64,000 nucleotides of DNA from the human T2T-CHM13v2.0 reference genome, Homo sapiens: the NCBI RefSeq assembly GCF_009914755.1, contig NC_060932.1. One strand, 5' to 3'. Every line of letters begins with the position of its first letter. The first letter of the stretch is position 1. The notes under the pieces are model-generated. The model was not told where the DNA came from. It searched no databases and was given only the letters and a program-made list of their open reading frames with translations. The position numbers and the translations under genes are program-made. Shown here in pieces: positions 1-21,400 of this stretch.

Positions 1-125
1 GACTACAAATTGGGTGCAGTGTATACTGCTTGGGTGGTGGGTGCACACAAATCACCAATAAAGAACTTACTCATAATCAATACCACTTATACCCCAAAAA
101 ACCTATGGAAACAAAAAATTTAAAA
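1..125 (+). mobile_element. L1PB-type LINE 3' end
   Basis: gggtgcagtgtatactgcttggg...aaagaacttactcat...aacctatggaaa followed by an A-rich tail. Confidence 0.7.
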
Positions 126-147
126 TTATATTTTTCTAATTAAATTA

Positions 148-305
148 GGCTGGGTGCAATGGCTCATGCCTGTAATTCCAGCATTTTGGGAGGCCGAGGC
201 AGGAGGAACACTTGAGCCTAAGAGTTTGAGGCTGCAGTGAGCTATGATCACACCACTGCTCTCCAGCCTGGACAATGAAGAGAGACCCTGTCCCTAAAAA
301 CAAAA
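148..305 (+). mobile_element. Alu monomer (FLAM/AluJ-like)
   Basis: Single Alu arm with A tail. Confidence 0.8.
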
Positions 306-309
306 TTAA

Positions 310-705
<396 letters not shown>

Positions 706-1365
706 TAATTATAATGCTGTATTTTACTATTATCTATGCTCTTGAAGTTATTTATGTCTACTGTGTCTGTACAGTAAACATACTATATAATAGTGTACTG
801 TTGCTTACCTCTGTCCAACTCTGCATTCAGTGATATTACATTGATAGCCTGAAATTGGCCATCACAGGAGTATTTCCACCACAGAAATTGCCAAATGTTA
901 CATACCAGAACTCTTTTTGTCCAGAGAGGCGGCGGTCATTAAACATTTATAGCACATCACTGGTACCCGCCTGGCAGGGCTTTAATAATAGCTAGCACCC
1001 ATTGAGGACTTCTGTTTGCCTGATGCTGTTTAAACTTTTTGCAACTCTATGAGGTGAGTCCTATTATGATACTGATTTTACAGATGAAGAAATCAAGAAA
1101 CAGAGAAGTTAAATACTTTGTCCAAGGTTATAGTACTATTACAGTAAGCAATGGAGTGGAACTCAGGTGTCTGGGTTTCATGCCTTTAAGTATACTACGC
1201 ATATTTTCCCAACCATTACTCAGGGACAAGATCTAATAAATGCAAATGTATTTAGTGGGGAGAACAGAACAGAAAACATGAAATTGGAACTCTATGTTCA
1301 CAGTACCTATGAGTTAGAGGTTTTAATATAATGCTAAATTCAAGTAGGACCTTCTACGGGATTTA

Positions 1366-1819
<454 letters not shown>

Positions 1820-2519
1820 TTAAGCTGCTGGGCCCAACTGCTGGGCCTGATTTCACTAACAGACAGTACTCTTCCAAAGTCTATAGAATAAATCAGTGAT
1901 CTATTGTGCTTATCCTCTTATCTTTTTCTTTTCTCACATGGAAAGTTGCTTGCAGTATTTATCAAACCCATCAATATAATAAAAACAAAAACACTTGGAA
2001 AAAATGGTTTGTACTGCTAAGGCCACACAGAGAAGGAAAGAAACTGAAGAGCCAGTTGATGTGATGTTTGGCTGAGGAGGGGTCTGTTAGGTGCTGATTT
2101 CTTGCTGGTCATCCTTACTCCTCAGGGAGGGTGCCCGAGGAGGGATACTGCACTGCCCTAGAATACTTTACTGGACAATAAATGCTTAGTTCAATCACTT
2201 TGTCTTCCACCCTTACAGCAATTAGAGGCATTTTACTCATAGTTTACTGGCATTTTCTCATGCTTGATTGACAACTTGTCCTCTGAGCTCACAAATGTTA
2301 TTGGGCACCTGCAAATCAAGGCTAATTATTCAGTCCTGTGGAGACAGTCCCAACATCTTTTGACCCCCACAGCCTTCTGCCCAGGGGGATCTTTGGAATA
2401 GGTCACTACCTGCAGATTATAATTTTACAGCCTAACTGAGAGAATCTTTCCAAGCTGGTTTATACTAGTTCCTGCAATAGCACAATTAGATATTAATTTT
2501 TCTGGCACGCAGATGGCAA

Positions 2520-2806
2520 ATTTTTTTTTTGACAGGGAGTCTCACTCTGTCGCCCAGGTTGGAGGGCAATGGCACAATCTCGGCTCACTGAAGCCTCTGC
2601 AGTGAGATTGTGATTCTCCTGCCTCAGCCTCCTGAGTAGCTGGGATCACAGGTGCCTGCCACCACACTCAGCTAAGTTTTCTATTTTTAATGGAGACAGG
2701 GTTTCACCATGTTGGCCAGGCTGGTCTCACACTCCTGACCTTAGGTGATCTGCTTGCCTCGGCCTCCCAAAGTGCTGGGATTAAAGGTGTGAGCCACCAC
2801 CCAGAC
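2520..2806 (-). mobile_element. AluS
   Basis: Antisense Alu. Confidence 0.88.
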
Positions 2807-3856
2807 TGCAAATATTTTTTTAAACCCAACTGCCAACAACTGGGAGATTACAAAATTATGCCACATCCTATACGATGGAATATTATGTAGTTCTGGCTAT
2901 GGCCCAAGTGGCTCTAGACTGTCTTCTTAGAACAGCTTTAGATGTCATAAAGGCTGATAATTCCACCCCCACCTCCTCTCCTGGCCACGTGGAAGGGCTC
3001 TAAAGACTCGAAACCTGCAAGCAGGGCTCATTCTGTCATGGGACTGGGAGCTTCACCGTTTGGGCTCCTCCTTCCTTTAGAGTGGAGAAACCCTTTTAGA
3101 AACCTAATCTATGTCAGCAGTTTTCTCATTGTATGTGGGCATGATCTTGCTGCCTGTCAACATCAACGTCACATTTCTTCCTCTCCTCTGATATTGTACT
3201 ATTTTAGCTGTAGGTGCCAAATCCTTTTGATTATACATGAAACACTACCCTTGGTTGCTTTCATGTATGTTTTATGAGAACACCTAAGCATGAATATTTA
3301 TTAAAGCAGCTTGGAACACATCTCTTTGATTTTTTTCTGTTCTGACTCATATTAAAGTGGGGAGAGAGGGAGGTACACTATGTCATAGTTCACCTGCAAT
3401 GGTTTCTGCCTTCTTCCTCCCCCTCACAAGGCCAAATAGTTGAGCCATTTAGGCAATGGAAAGCATTGCCAAGTTTGCATCAGTTAGCAGCGTGACACAT
3501 ATTTCTGTTTTACTGATGAAACAGAACTATTTCTTTTGCAATGCCAACTTTCCTACACAATAGTTCCATAAATTTGTCACCTAACTGTTGCCTGACTTGG
3601 TCAAGGCTTCTTCACTTTTTGTGGAATAACAGCTCCCCTACTGTGAACTATGACGCAGTGTACCTCCCCTCTCCCAGTTTTAATGAGTCAGTACAGAAAA
3701 AATCAGAGTTGTGTTCTAAGCTGCTTAAATAAATATTCAACTTCTGCCTGCAGCCTCAGACTCCTCTGAGTGATCTTCCCACTGCAGTCAAAGGGATGTA
3801 TTTAGAAAAAAAGGAGTTTCCTTAGAACCTTTCAGGATAAGATCCAAACTCCTTAG

Positions 3857-5101
<1,245 letters not shown>

Positions 5102-5510
5102 GGTCTTTTATACTCTAACTTCAGCATAACTCTTATTCCTCTGCCATTCTCCACATAGAAATAATAGTAACTTATTGTTATTATTGAAGGCTTTCAAAGT
5201 GCTAAGCATTGTATATGCCCAATGACTCCTTGTGCATCCTGCCCTTTAATTGAACAGAACTCTAGTTTCTGGAAGCTATCCTGTCGCTTCACAACCTCCT
5301 GGATTTTTACAGACGCTATTTCCTCCCCTAATGTCTCCTCCGCCTTGGTAAGCGCCACTCATCCTTCCCTACTGAGCTCATGCATCATCGCCTCCTGAAG
5401 CCTTCCCTCGCCCTTTTTTCTTCCAATTCCATCTACTCTCCAAATAAGAGGCAATGTTTTAGCTCCAGTACAGGAAAGTCAGAAGGCCAGATCAACTTCT
5501 GGGGCAATTA

Positions 5511-5894
<384 letters not shown>

Positions 5895-5966
5895 TTAGCT
5901 ATCCCCTCTCAGACTCATCACCACAAAGCTATTGCTTATGGCTACTCCCTGTCTTTGCTACCAGGG

Positions 5967-5969
<3 letters not shown>

Positions 5970-6047
<78 letters not shown>
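5970..6047. repeat. (CA)n(CT)n compound microsatellite
   Basis: Direct reading. Confidence 0.95.
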
Positions 6048-6053
<6 letters not shown>

Positions 6054-6787
6054 CCCCAGCACTGGGTTCTGATTGGCTCAGCTGAGTCAGGCCCCACCCC
6101 CATGCCAATCATACGACCAATGAGGGTGGGCTAAGGAGCCTGTCCAGGAAGGGTTTGGGAGAGGGCAGTAGGTAGGTTTGCCGGTGGAAGTAAGAGTGCT
6201 GGGCAGGCGGAACTATCCATGGTTACAATCCTCCCCCAGCCCCACTTCCTCTGTGCTTTACTATGTTTTAAAAATGCTCTCAGCATTGACAGCCTCTTTA
6301 TGTACCAAGACTCCCTTTCATACGCAAAGGAACTCTTTTGCCTTGCCTTCCCTTTCTTTTCTTTTTAAAAATAATTTTTTTTAAATTTAATCCTTGCTTG
6401 GTTGAAACTTTTTTATTTTATTTATTTTTTTTTAAACAAGGTAGGCTAGACTAAGCTATGATTGACGTTCAGTAGATTAGAACAGAATTTTGTTATAAAG
6501 GTTCCCAGAAATTTTTAACCCAGGTTAGCAATAAATTGTTTTCTGGTCTGAGCGATGGGTCTTTTGGAAGAATTATAGAACTAATCAGTCTACCAGACTA
6601 GCAGACCCATCTACAAAGGCAGAGAGGCATAGGAAATGCAGAGTGAGACAATGGAGCCAGCTAGGTCTACATTTCAACCTTGGCTTAATGGCTGTATAAC
6701 CTTGGGCAAGTTATATAACCAGTCCAAGCCTCAGTTTCCTCGTTAGTCAAATGGGGACAAAATTACTGCATTAGGTGGGATGGGCAG

Positions 6788-7585
<798 letters not shown>

Positions 7586-7667
7586 TGTCACTCTTCTTTT
7601 AACATCTCTCTCTCTTTCCCAGATAATTAATCACTCCCTTCTCTGAAATTTACCAATACCTCAGTTG

Positions 7668-8656
<989 letters not shown>

Positions 8657-9809
8657 GTATAACACTGATCACATGGTATTATAGTCACACATCTATTTCT
8701 CCCTAGAACTTCCCATTCCACCCTAAGCTGTGAGCTTTCCAAGAACATGAAACTCATCTCATTTTGTCTCTGCAACTCCAGGTACTTGTACAGGGCCTGA
8801 TGCCTAGTTGGCATTCAAAATATTGAGTGAATGATCCACTGATGATTAAATCAATGAGTGACAAGAGCAAGATATGGCCTACCTATAGAGAGGAGAAGAG
8901 CTAATCCAGGCCCTTTTCCGATTTTGATAGAAAGGATTTTGCAGACACATTGAATATGGTCATTTATAAGCTTTAAGTTTTTCAGGAGTAGTTACTAAGC
9001 CAGCTTGTTTGAGAAGCATTGGGTTGCGCTGCTGTCTCCAATTTGGGGCATCAAAAGTTGGCTATACTTGGGTAACAAGAATAGAGGTGTGGAAAATAGG
9101 CACCAGGGTTTCTTTGTGACAAAAGTCAAAATGAAGTGACATGTCACATGTGTGTCATGAGAAATCCCAGAAGAAACAGGGAAATAAGTGATGAGGGAAT
9201 CCTATTTCCCACAAAAAAGAAACCTCTTTCGGAAGTTCCAAACTTGACATTGACAATTTCAAGAGGTATTTTCATAAAATGCAGCCATGTTTTTATGTGT
9301 GTCAGGAAGAAAACTTGTGTGTAAACATAAATCATGTCTGCTTGTGGCCTTCTGAATGCATACCTAAAAATATGCAATAATATTTTCTTTGCAATTACAC
9401 AGAAGAAAAATGTCAAGGGATGCATAAATGAGCTTCCATGTTGTATATTTAGCAGCATGGGATGTGGGAAATGGAAGGGGGTTAAGGGAGCATTTTTCCA
9501 TTCCTGCTGTTTGCAGGTGAGGAAGATGAGACTCAGAGAGGTTGTGACTTACCCAAGATCATGCAACAATGTAGTGACTGAGCTAGGATTAGAAACTCAG
9601 CCTCGTTTTGTTTTTTTTTCTTCTTTCCCACTATAGTTTGATAAATTATATATATATAAACATAGCCTGAAGTTGTTTAGGTTTAAATAATAGCTCAATT
9701 GTTCAATAAACATGTCTTAAGGGCTTACTATGTGCCTAACACTGTGCCAGATGCTAGGGAGCACAAAACAGGTAAAGTCCCCCACTCGACACATATATTT
9801 TGTCCACTT

Positions 9810-10268
9810 TTCTTTTTCTTTTGTAGAGATGGGGCCTTGCTATGTTGACCGGTTGGTTTTGAACTCCTAGCCCCAAGGGATTGTCCCACTTCTCTCTCCC
9901 AGAGTACTGGGATTACAGGCGTGAGTCACAGCACTGGTCTTTTGTCCACTTTTTCCATGCCATACTCTATGCTAGGCCCTGGGGAGCTCTGTCTTCATGA
10001 AGTTAACAGTCCTGTGGGGCAGGCAACATTAATCAAAGAATCACACAATTAATGAGTATCTGACATGGAGGGAAGAGAGTTCCATAAGTGTGTACTCTTC
10101 CTAATATTTTTACTTTTCTTTTTTAAATTTTTTATTTTATTTTATTTTTTTAAATAGAGACAGGGTCTTTGTTGCCCAGGCTGGTCTCGAGCCCCTGGGC
10201 TCAAGTGATCTGCCCACCTCAGCCTCCAAAAGTTCTTGGATTACAGGCTTGAGCCACCGCACCTGGCC
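9810..10268 (-). mobile_element. Two antisense FLAM/Alu monomers (about 9810-9937 and 10130-10268)
   Basis: Single-arm Alu matches. Confidence 0.75.
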
Positions 10269-10565
10269 CTCAACATTCTCACAAGGAAAGATTCTAGTTT
10301 CTGGGTCAGCTTCTAGACTCCATTTGACTCCTGTTAATGAGAAAAAGAGCTAAATAAGCAGAAAGATAAAGCTGAGCTTCTAACAAAGAAGTTAGAGTCA
10401 GAAACCCTAGTGTTTATGGGCGCTGAGAAAAGTTTTAGAAGAGAAAAGGAGGAAGCCCTGAGGGTTGTGGAGATTTTAGGTACTGAGAAATAGGGATGGT
10501 GTGGGAGTTTTTAATGCTTTTCACCAAATATTTTAGGTTCTTCCCCCTTCCAAACACATGGTAGG

Positions 10566-11035
10566 TGTTGTAGATTGTATAATTGGTCTCCGTTCTCCAC
10601 TCCTCCCTGGATCCATGAAACTTTTCAGTGCTCTCCTGCCATGAATGCAATATAATACTCAGCCCTTGGGCTCAGCCACATACTGGCTTTGGCCATTAAG
10701 AAGAAATGAAAGTGATGGTGTGCCAGCTCCAAGACTAGAAGAATTGCATGTCTGCTTCCTCACCTGCACCACTGCCACTGCCTTGAGAACATGCTTGGTT
10801 AGCGTGGGAGGATGAGAGCCACTTGGAATAGAGTTACTGCAGTTGCCCCAGATGAAGTCAGCCTACAAAGCTGAAAACCAGCTGGCCCCTAGATGTGTTT
10901 GTGAGCCCAGCCCAGATCAGTGGAGCCACCTGCTGACTCCAGATGCATGAGCAATAAATGCTTATGGTTAAATGCTAAAGAGGTTTGGTGGTTGTTTTCT
11001 TTTTTTTCACAGCTTTATTGCAACTATATATAACT
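10566..11035 (+). mobile_element. Old MLT1 (MaLR) LTR
   Basis: aataaatgcttatggtt...ttttggtggttgtt...cacagc...aactga 3' end typical of MLT1. Confidence 0.6.
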
Positions 11036-11088
11036 GATTTAGCAGTATTGCACTTCCTAGCTCTGTGTTAAGGGTGTAGCCATAGTTC

Positions 11089-11728
11089 TGAGGCAGCATC
11101 ATTGTCTGGGGTAAATACCCAAGGTTCATCGTCTTACCCGAGGGAAATCAAGTATGCAGACACAAGAAGTGGGTTTAGGAGCAGAGGTTTACTAGGCAAA
11201 AGAAGGAGAAAGAAGAACAGCTCTCTCTCTTGAAATAGAGTGGGGAGCCCGAATGGGACTTCCAGCCTTTGGCAGAGTAAACCAGATTTTATAGAAAGTC
11301 TTGAGGAGGTGGTGTCCGCTTTACATAGGGCCCACAGATTGGTTGGACCAGGTGTGACGTTTACATAATACCTGGGGAATGCTGGCCACACTACCCTAAT
11401 CTTATTATGCAAATGAGCTTTCTACTTGGCCAGCACCATGTTGTGTGCTCCTTGCTGTATACATGGTTTGGCAAAGAGAAGGGACGATGGAGATGCCATT
11501 TTGAACATGCCTAGTCCCAGGTAGTCTTTTCCTATTGGCACAACTGCTGGCATTCACCCATGCAAGCTTCTAGCTTGCTTATCTATGTCTGCAGCTCGAT
11601 TTTACAGGCTGCTCCTTGTTAGAAAAGAAAATGATTTGGGGGCTGCTTTTCATTAAAAGGAAAACCTTACCAAGGACTTCCCTACCCTCACTATCTGCCT
11701 AAATAATTTATTCTTAACTCCTACATCA
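11089..11728 (-). mobile_element. MER51-like ERV1 solo LTR, nested in an older MLT1
   Basis: TG...CA ends with exact 4-bp TSD GTTC (11085-11088, 11729-11732); tatttaccccagacaa and ttaggcagatagtgagggta hallmarks on the - strand. Confidence 0.8.
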
Positions 11729-12136
11729 GTTCTGGTCATGAGTTGGAAGCAAAAACAATAATGACGTTTCTGGGTTGGAACATTTAATTGCTGGTGTGAG
11801 AACCTCTAGAACTCTTTTCCTACTAACACATCAACCAAAAACTTTTGAAATATTAGCTGCTCCCTCTGTCTGGATCCCTGAGAGACTAAGATAAACTGAA
11901 AACCCAGCCAAAAAAAAGCTGTTTTAAGCCACTGAGATTTTGAAATTGTTCGTTACTGTGGCATAACTTAGTCTAGCCTCACTGAATAAGGTGGGAAGGG
12001 GATATTTTAAGAAGTTTGCTAAAGGTTATTAACTGCTTTCTCTTTGATGCTCTTAAAGAGATTATTTGAATTGTATTTATGTGAATAAAATTGTATTAAT
12101 TTGAATTGTATTTTATTCTTATACAGAATATTTTAA

Positions 12137-12430
<294 letters not shown>

Positions 12431-12789
12431 TTATTTTTGTTACTGTACTACTTTAATTTGCTTGCTAACCTGTTGACTGGCCCAGGTTTTTTGAGACTTA
12501 TCAATATAGTTACCAAAGAGCTGGGAAAGAGAATAGCTTCACTTCTTTACTTCCAAATATCTTGACACTTTTCCCAGACCAAAAGGGTAGTCAGATGTTG
12601 GGCAATCTATATGTCCACTAAGCTCCCTCTAGCAAACAAATTAGAAGTACTCTTTTTCTGTCCAAATTATATATTATCATAGTAAAAAGAAAGACATCCT
12701 TCAGCTGCGAAAGTGTAGTGTGTGAGAGTACAAGGAGAAAGGGCTTTGCAAAGCAAAATCTAAAATACCCTTAGACACACACAACTTTC

Positions 12790-14635
<1,846 letters not shown>

Positions 14636-14880
14636 TATGTATATACTTGGAACACTAATTGGTAGTCCCTTCTGCTCTAGTTCCTTTCTGAATCATTAGT
14701 CACTCAATAACAGGTACATATGTGTATATATAATATATATATGTATATATGTACATACTGTTTATATATGTACATACTATTTATATAGTACATACTATTT
14801 ATATGTACATAAATATATATAAAGGTACATATTATTTGTGTGTGTATGTATTTATATATATACACACATAAATATATATA

Positions 14881-15541
<661 letters not shown>

Positions 15542-16501
15542 TATGTACCTGTTACTGAGTGACTAATGATTCAGAAAGGAACTAGAACATAAGGGACTAC
15601 CAATTAGTGTTGTAAGTGTATACGTGTGTGTGTGTATATCCATATATATACATTTGGATATCCAAATATATATGTATATATATTTATCTGTACATTATTT
15701 ATCTGTATATATACAGATAGATACATATAAATAGTATGTACCTGTTATTGAGTGACTAATAATTCAGAAAGGAACTAGATCACAAGAGACTACCAATTAG
15801 TGTTGTAAAAACTGGGAGATCTAATGAGTAGAACTTTAGCAGCTGTGGGTACACATCTCTTCAGCCTGACCTTCAAATTGTGCCCCCTAAATCAAAAGAT
15901 AAGTACAAAGTGGGAGTCCAGAAGATCTAACATATAAACCTCTTTATCACATATCTGAGATTGAATAGGATGGCCACATGGGCTGAGACAGCCCAAACTA
16001 GCTTAGCTGCAGACAGGTTAAGCTAGAGAAGTTAAGAAAATCATTCAGCAGATTCATCTTTGCTTCCGATAAAAAAAGGTTGTTTGGTTAATGGTGTGGG
16101 ATAGAAATGTTGTGAAATAATCTGTTTCAGGTTAGGCACTGTATCTTAAATTTAAGATTCTAAGTTTCCTAAATAATAATGCAAACATTGATACATGTAG
16201 TTTATCTCCATCTCAAAACCAATAAATAAAAATAAGAGCTGCAGTTGCTTCCTCTGCAATAGGTCATTACAAGTTGTCTGATCTCTCAGAGCCACCCCTT
16301 GATAACAACATAAAGTTTAAAAACCTGCATTAGTATTTTTTTTGAGAATTTGCTTTTCTGATCAAGAGTTTGAACTTTTCAAATACCACGACCATATAAT
16401 TTTTTTAACATCATTTTTCTGTTGTAGAACAACATAGAGACTAGGAATGGAAAGATTTAAGGTTTCCTTGTCTGCAAAAGTGGATAATATTAGTACTTAC
16501 C

Positions 16502-16982
16502 TGTAACAGGTTGATTGGTGGCCCCCCAAAATACATGTCAACATACTAATCCCAAAATCCGTGACTGTTACCTTACTTGGAAAAAGGGTCTTTGCAGATG
16601 TAATCAAGTTAAGGATTTTGAGATGAAAAGATCATCCTGTATTCCTGTATTATTCATATGGACCCAATGACAAGTTTCCTTATAAGAGAAAAACAGAGGG
16701 AGATTTGAAACAGACAGAAGAGGAAAAGATACATCCAGGAGGAGAAAGACGTGTGAAGATGGAAGCGGAGAATGGAGCGATGCGATCACAAGCAGAGAAC
16801 GCCAGCAACTCCCAGAAACTGGAATAGACAAGTAAGGGAATCTTGCTTAGAGCCTGAAAGGAGGCTGCAGACACTTTGATTTCCGATGTATGGCCTCAAG
16901 AACTTCCCAAGAATACATTTCTGTTTTTTTATGTCACCAAGTTTGTGGTAATTTGTGAGGGCAGCCTCGGGAAATTAATGCA
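16502..16982 (+). mobile_element. MLT1B/C-type LTR inserted in a MIR
   Basis: gggtctttgcagatgtaatcaagttaagga...gtttgtggtaatttg motifs. Confidence 0.8.
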
Positions 16983-17571
16983 CAACCTCATAGAGCACTA
17001 AAAATGGAGATAATTAGTACTACCTAACTTGTAAATTTGCTACGAGGATTAATTGAGTTGATATATTCGGTATAGTAGAAAAGTGCCCCATACCTAGTAA
17101 GCGCTCCGGAGGCACTAAGTGAATTTTTATCAAAGGAACGCTAAAGTCGAGGCAGCCAGTTGTTGATATTATCGCTTTTCTGGACCATGATTGGTGGACT
17201 GGACATCATAATGCTGGAAGGCCTGTCAGATTACGAAACTGAAGAAACGAAACAAAACCATGAGGATGGTGAAAAGGTCAGGAAGAATGAACTATTTCAT
17301 CTGTAAGTTTCATTTGAGCCCGAACGTTCTATGAAAGGAACCCATCAGTTCTCAATGTATTTGTCTCCTTGCTTCTCTGCACTTGTTTCCTTGCTTCTCT
17401 TAGTTATTTCTATACAATTCCTTAATCCCTAAAAGCAATTTAGAACGGAATGCAGGGACCACAGGAGAAAATGACTTTTATTGCCTCTGATGGGAGCCTA
17501 AAACCCCACGAGGCTCCCAAAGGGCGGAATTCCCAAGCCAATTCCTCGCGTCTATGATCCACCTGCAAAAA

Positions 17572-17590
17572 ACTACGATTCCCAGAAGGC
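17572..17590 (+). promoter_or_regulatory. ZNF143/THAP11-type ACTACAnnTCCCAGnnnGC promoter motif
   Basis: ACTACGATTCCCAGAAGGC, about 300 bp upstream of the ATG. Confidence 0.7.
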
Positions 17591-17878
17591 TTTGGGTCCG
17601 GGGGCGGGAAGACTGAGCTCAGAAAGAGGTGGACTCTAAGAGAAGGTCTTTGGTCGATTACATTGTCCAGAGAGGGAGTGGCCGCTTGGGCGGATTTTGG
17701 GAGGGATCAGCCTTCCAATTGGTTGTTATGAGAAAGGGGGTTGGTACGGCCTGCTGGTGCTGGACCTAGGCCGCCGCGGCCGGAGCTCAAATTTCCCGGG
17801 CCGGGAGCGCTGGGCCTGCCGGGAAGGCGCTGGGACGGTTACCCAGCGGGCCGCCGGCGGTCGTGGGCAAGCTTCGCC

Positions 17879-17955
17879 ATGCAGAGCACTGACCTAGGCA
17901 ACAAGGAGAGCGGCAAGATATGGCACCGCAAGCCGTCCCCGGCCACGCGGGACGG
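17879..17955 (+). CDS. TBC1D31: TBC1D31 exon 1 coding part (MQSTDLGNKESGKIWHRKPSPATRDG)
   Basis: ATG in gccATG context inside the CpG island; donor GG|gtaaag; 77 nt, ends phase 2. Confidence 0.95.
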
Positions 17956-18799
17956 GTAAAGGCCGTGGCGGGAGGGCGCGGGCTGTGGAGGGGATGGAGA
18001 CCGGCGAGGAGGGGACGCCGGGCGTCAGGCAGCGTTCCGGGTTCTGGCTCTGACCTTGCCCCGCATCCCTGGGTTGGATGACCTGCGGTGGAACAGATGG
18101 CTCCGGACGCCAGGGTCCGCAGAGATCCCCTTCTGAGTTCTGGGAGCGGGGGTCTGGTCCGGGACAGCGCGGAGCAGGAGGAGGCCGGTGGTTCTCAGAC
18201 CTGGGAACTTGCGGCTTTTGCTGTGTACCGGGACTCTCCTGCTTTTATGATCACGGTATCCCGCTAGTGTCCCTGGCACGTAGTAGGTGCTCAGTGAGTA
18301 TTTAACAGTTGCAGCTGGAGCAGAACTCCAGGAGGAGATGCGGGGTGGAAGAGCAGGACAATTCTGCCTCTTCCAAAGGCTGCAGTTTATCCATCCTTAA
18401 ATCCTTGGATGTGTTTAGACGCACAAGCATTCATCAACTATTTGTTGAGCTCCTACTGTGTGCCAAGCACGCCTCTAAGCGCTGGGGACGGCGATGGAAC
18501 AAAACACACTTCCGGTTCTCTGGAGTTTACATATCGGCGTGTATGTAGGGGCTGGGGCGTTCATTATGCATTGCTGGGGGGCTTGTAGTACGGCCAGCGC
18601 TGCTTTTCATTCTGTTCCCAGTTACCTGTCCTGTTTGAGGCTCAGCCTGTCTTGTTTCCCTGGAAGCCTTTGCTACAAAGCGGTGCCATTTGGATTTCGA
18701 TTTCTGCACGCAGAGTGATCTTATTGCTCCTAATTCCCTAGGATTTCACGGAAATTGCTTGAGTTCCTGTTTCAGTGTGTTTCTTGTTTTAGCAGTGAT

Positions 18800-19428
<629 letters not shown>

Positions 19429-20517
19429 GACAAATCAGTTTTAAGTGCCTACTCTGTATATCCAAAGTGCGATGCGAGACGTTTTACCAGCAGCTTGTTT
19501 GGTTCCTGGTTACTGTCAGGCCTCTTTATCAATGCCGCTGCCTCAACTACATTGAATAAAAAATTTTCTCTAAAGTGGGGATTCCTCAAGTTTTTCATTT
19601 TCAAATTCTGAGTTTGTGTGAATACCACTCCCACCTCTGGTATTCTCTAAACATTCTAAAAGTTATAGCCCACTCGCCTTCTCTTTCTTGATGATACAAA
19701 ATATCTAGATATATGTGCAAGATTCAAAAAGTGAAAGAAATGGGTTGATTATCCAAATGTCTTGTTTGCTTCTTCCACTAAAGCATAGCTTATCTTTGTG
19801 TTCGTTAAAACCCATTGTTCATGCTGTTTAGACGGGCAGAGAGCACTGACTTGGAGTCAGATGTATTTTGTTGAAGTAAATGTCCGTTTACCAACTCTGT
19901 GACCTTGGGGAAGTTAATCACTAAGGCTGTCAGTGGGGAGAATCAGATTTACCAGACAGGTTGTCTTACACATTTGGTGCTCAGTAAATATTTGATATTC
20001 TTCTTGTGTTTGAGAACTGAGGAACTCTGTCAGGCAATCTGTGAGAATCTGAAAGGAAGTTGCTCTAAAATAAATTTTTTACGTGTGATTTATATGAAAA
20101 ATCGGAGGGGCAGAATGTCACTATTGTGATTACATCTACATGGTAGGATTATAATTGAGTATTTGTTTCTTAGTGTATTTCTATATTTTTCATATTTTGA
20201 ACAATGATTGTGTAATTTTGTAGCCAGAACATGTAATAAGTGTTCTAGAAAATAAGACTGGAGGAAAAAGTTGTTTGCTCTGAGTTTAGTTGCCATGAAA
20301 CATTTTGATATTGCTTGTCATTTCTGTACGTTTATTTTTGTGTTTTTAATTCCTTGGGGACTAGATAAAAATAAGCATTGTTAAGAATTTTGCTATTTCC
20401 TTTAATGAGTCTAAAAAGCCTTATGTTTAGATACACATGGAGAAAATGTTTAATCCACTTAATTCAATTTAGTATACTTTAATGAAATTATAATGAAGAT
20501 AGATGTTTCTAATATAA

Positions 20518-20855
<338 letters not shown>

Positions 20856-21219
20856 TTAAGATAAAATTTTCATGATTAAAAACTATTGTTGCAATAAAGA
20901 ATGGGATTATTCTGATCTTTGTGACGAGAATATACGCACATATATTATTTTAAGGAGTTATTTTGTGCTGTAAGTTAATTTTATAAATTTTCTTTCAACA
21001 GATACAGGGTATATAATCCTTCTCTCAAAAAGGGTAACTTTAAACACATGTATTCTTGTCTTTCCTGTTATGAAAATAGTATGTAATCATTAAATAACAT
21101 GTCTAAAAGATAGAAAAGTAGAAAGGGGAAAAAAATTAACCATATTGCTATTACCTGCAGACAGCTGCTGTTAATATTTAGCTGTATTCATCTTTTTTTC
21201 CCTATACGTATTTTTCTTT

Positions 21220-21400
21220 TCCTTTGGAGACAGGGTCTTACAGTGTCACCCAGGCAGGAGTGCGGTGGCATGATCATGGCTCACTGAAGCCTTGACCTCC
21301 CCAGGCTCTAGTGATAATGCCACCTCAGACTCCTGAGTAACTGGGATCACAGGCACATGCACCATGCCTGGCTAATTTTTTGAAATTTTTCTGGAGACGT
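21220..21400 (-). mobile_element. AluJ right-arm fragment
   Basis: gagacagggtc...gatcatggctcactg. Confidence 0.75.

Larger units (their letters stand above)
17500..18280. promoter_or_regulatory. CpG-island promoter of TBC1D31
   Basis: Sharp rise in GC and CpG around exon 1; GC boxes (GGGGCGGG near 17601), CCAAT boxes (about 17538 and 17715), no TATA. Confidence 0.88.

Noticed and set aside
17741-17878. In-frame upstream extension of the TBC1D31 ORF from a TTG
   Set aside because: Stop-free frames are expected in GC-rich islands, the TTG probably lies at or upstream of the transcription start, and the ATG at 17879 has good context
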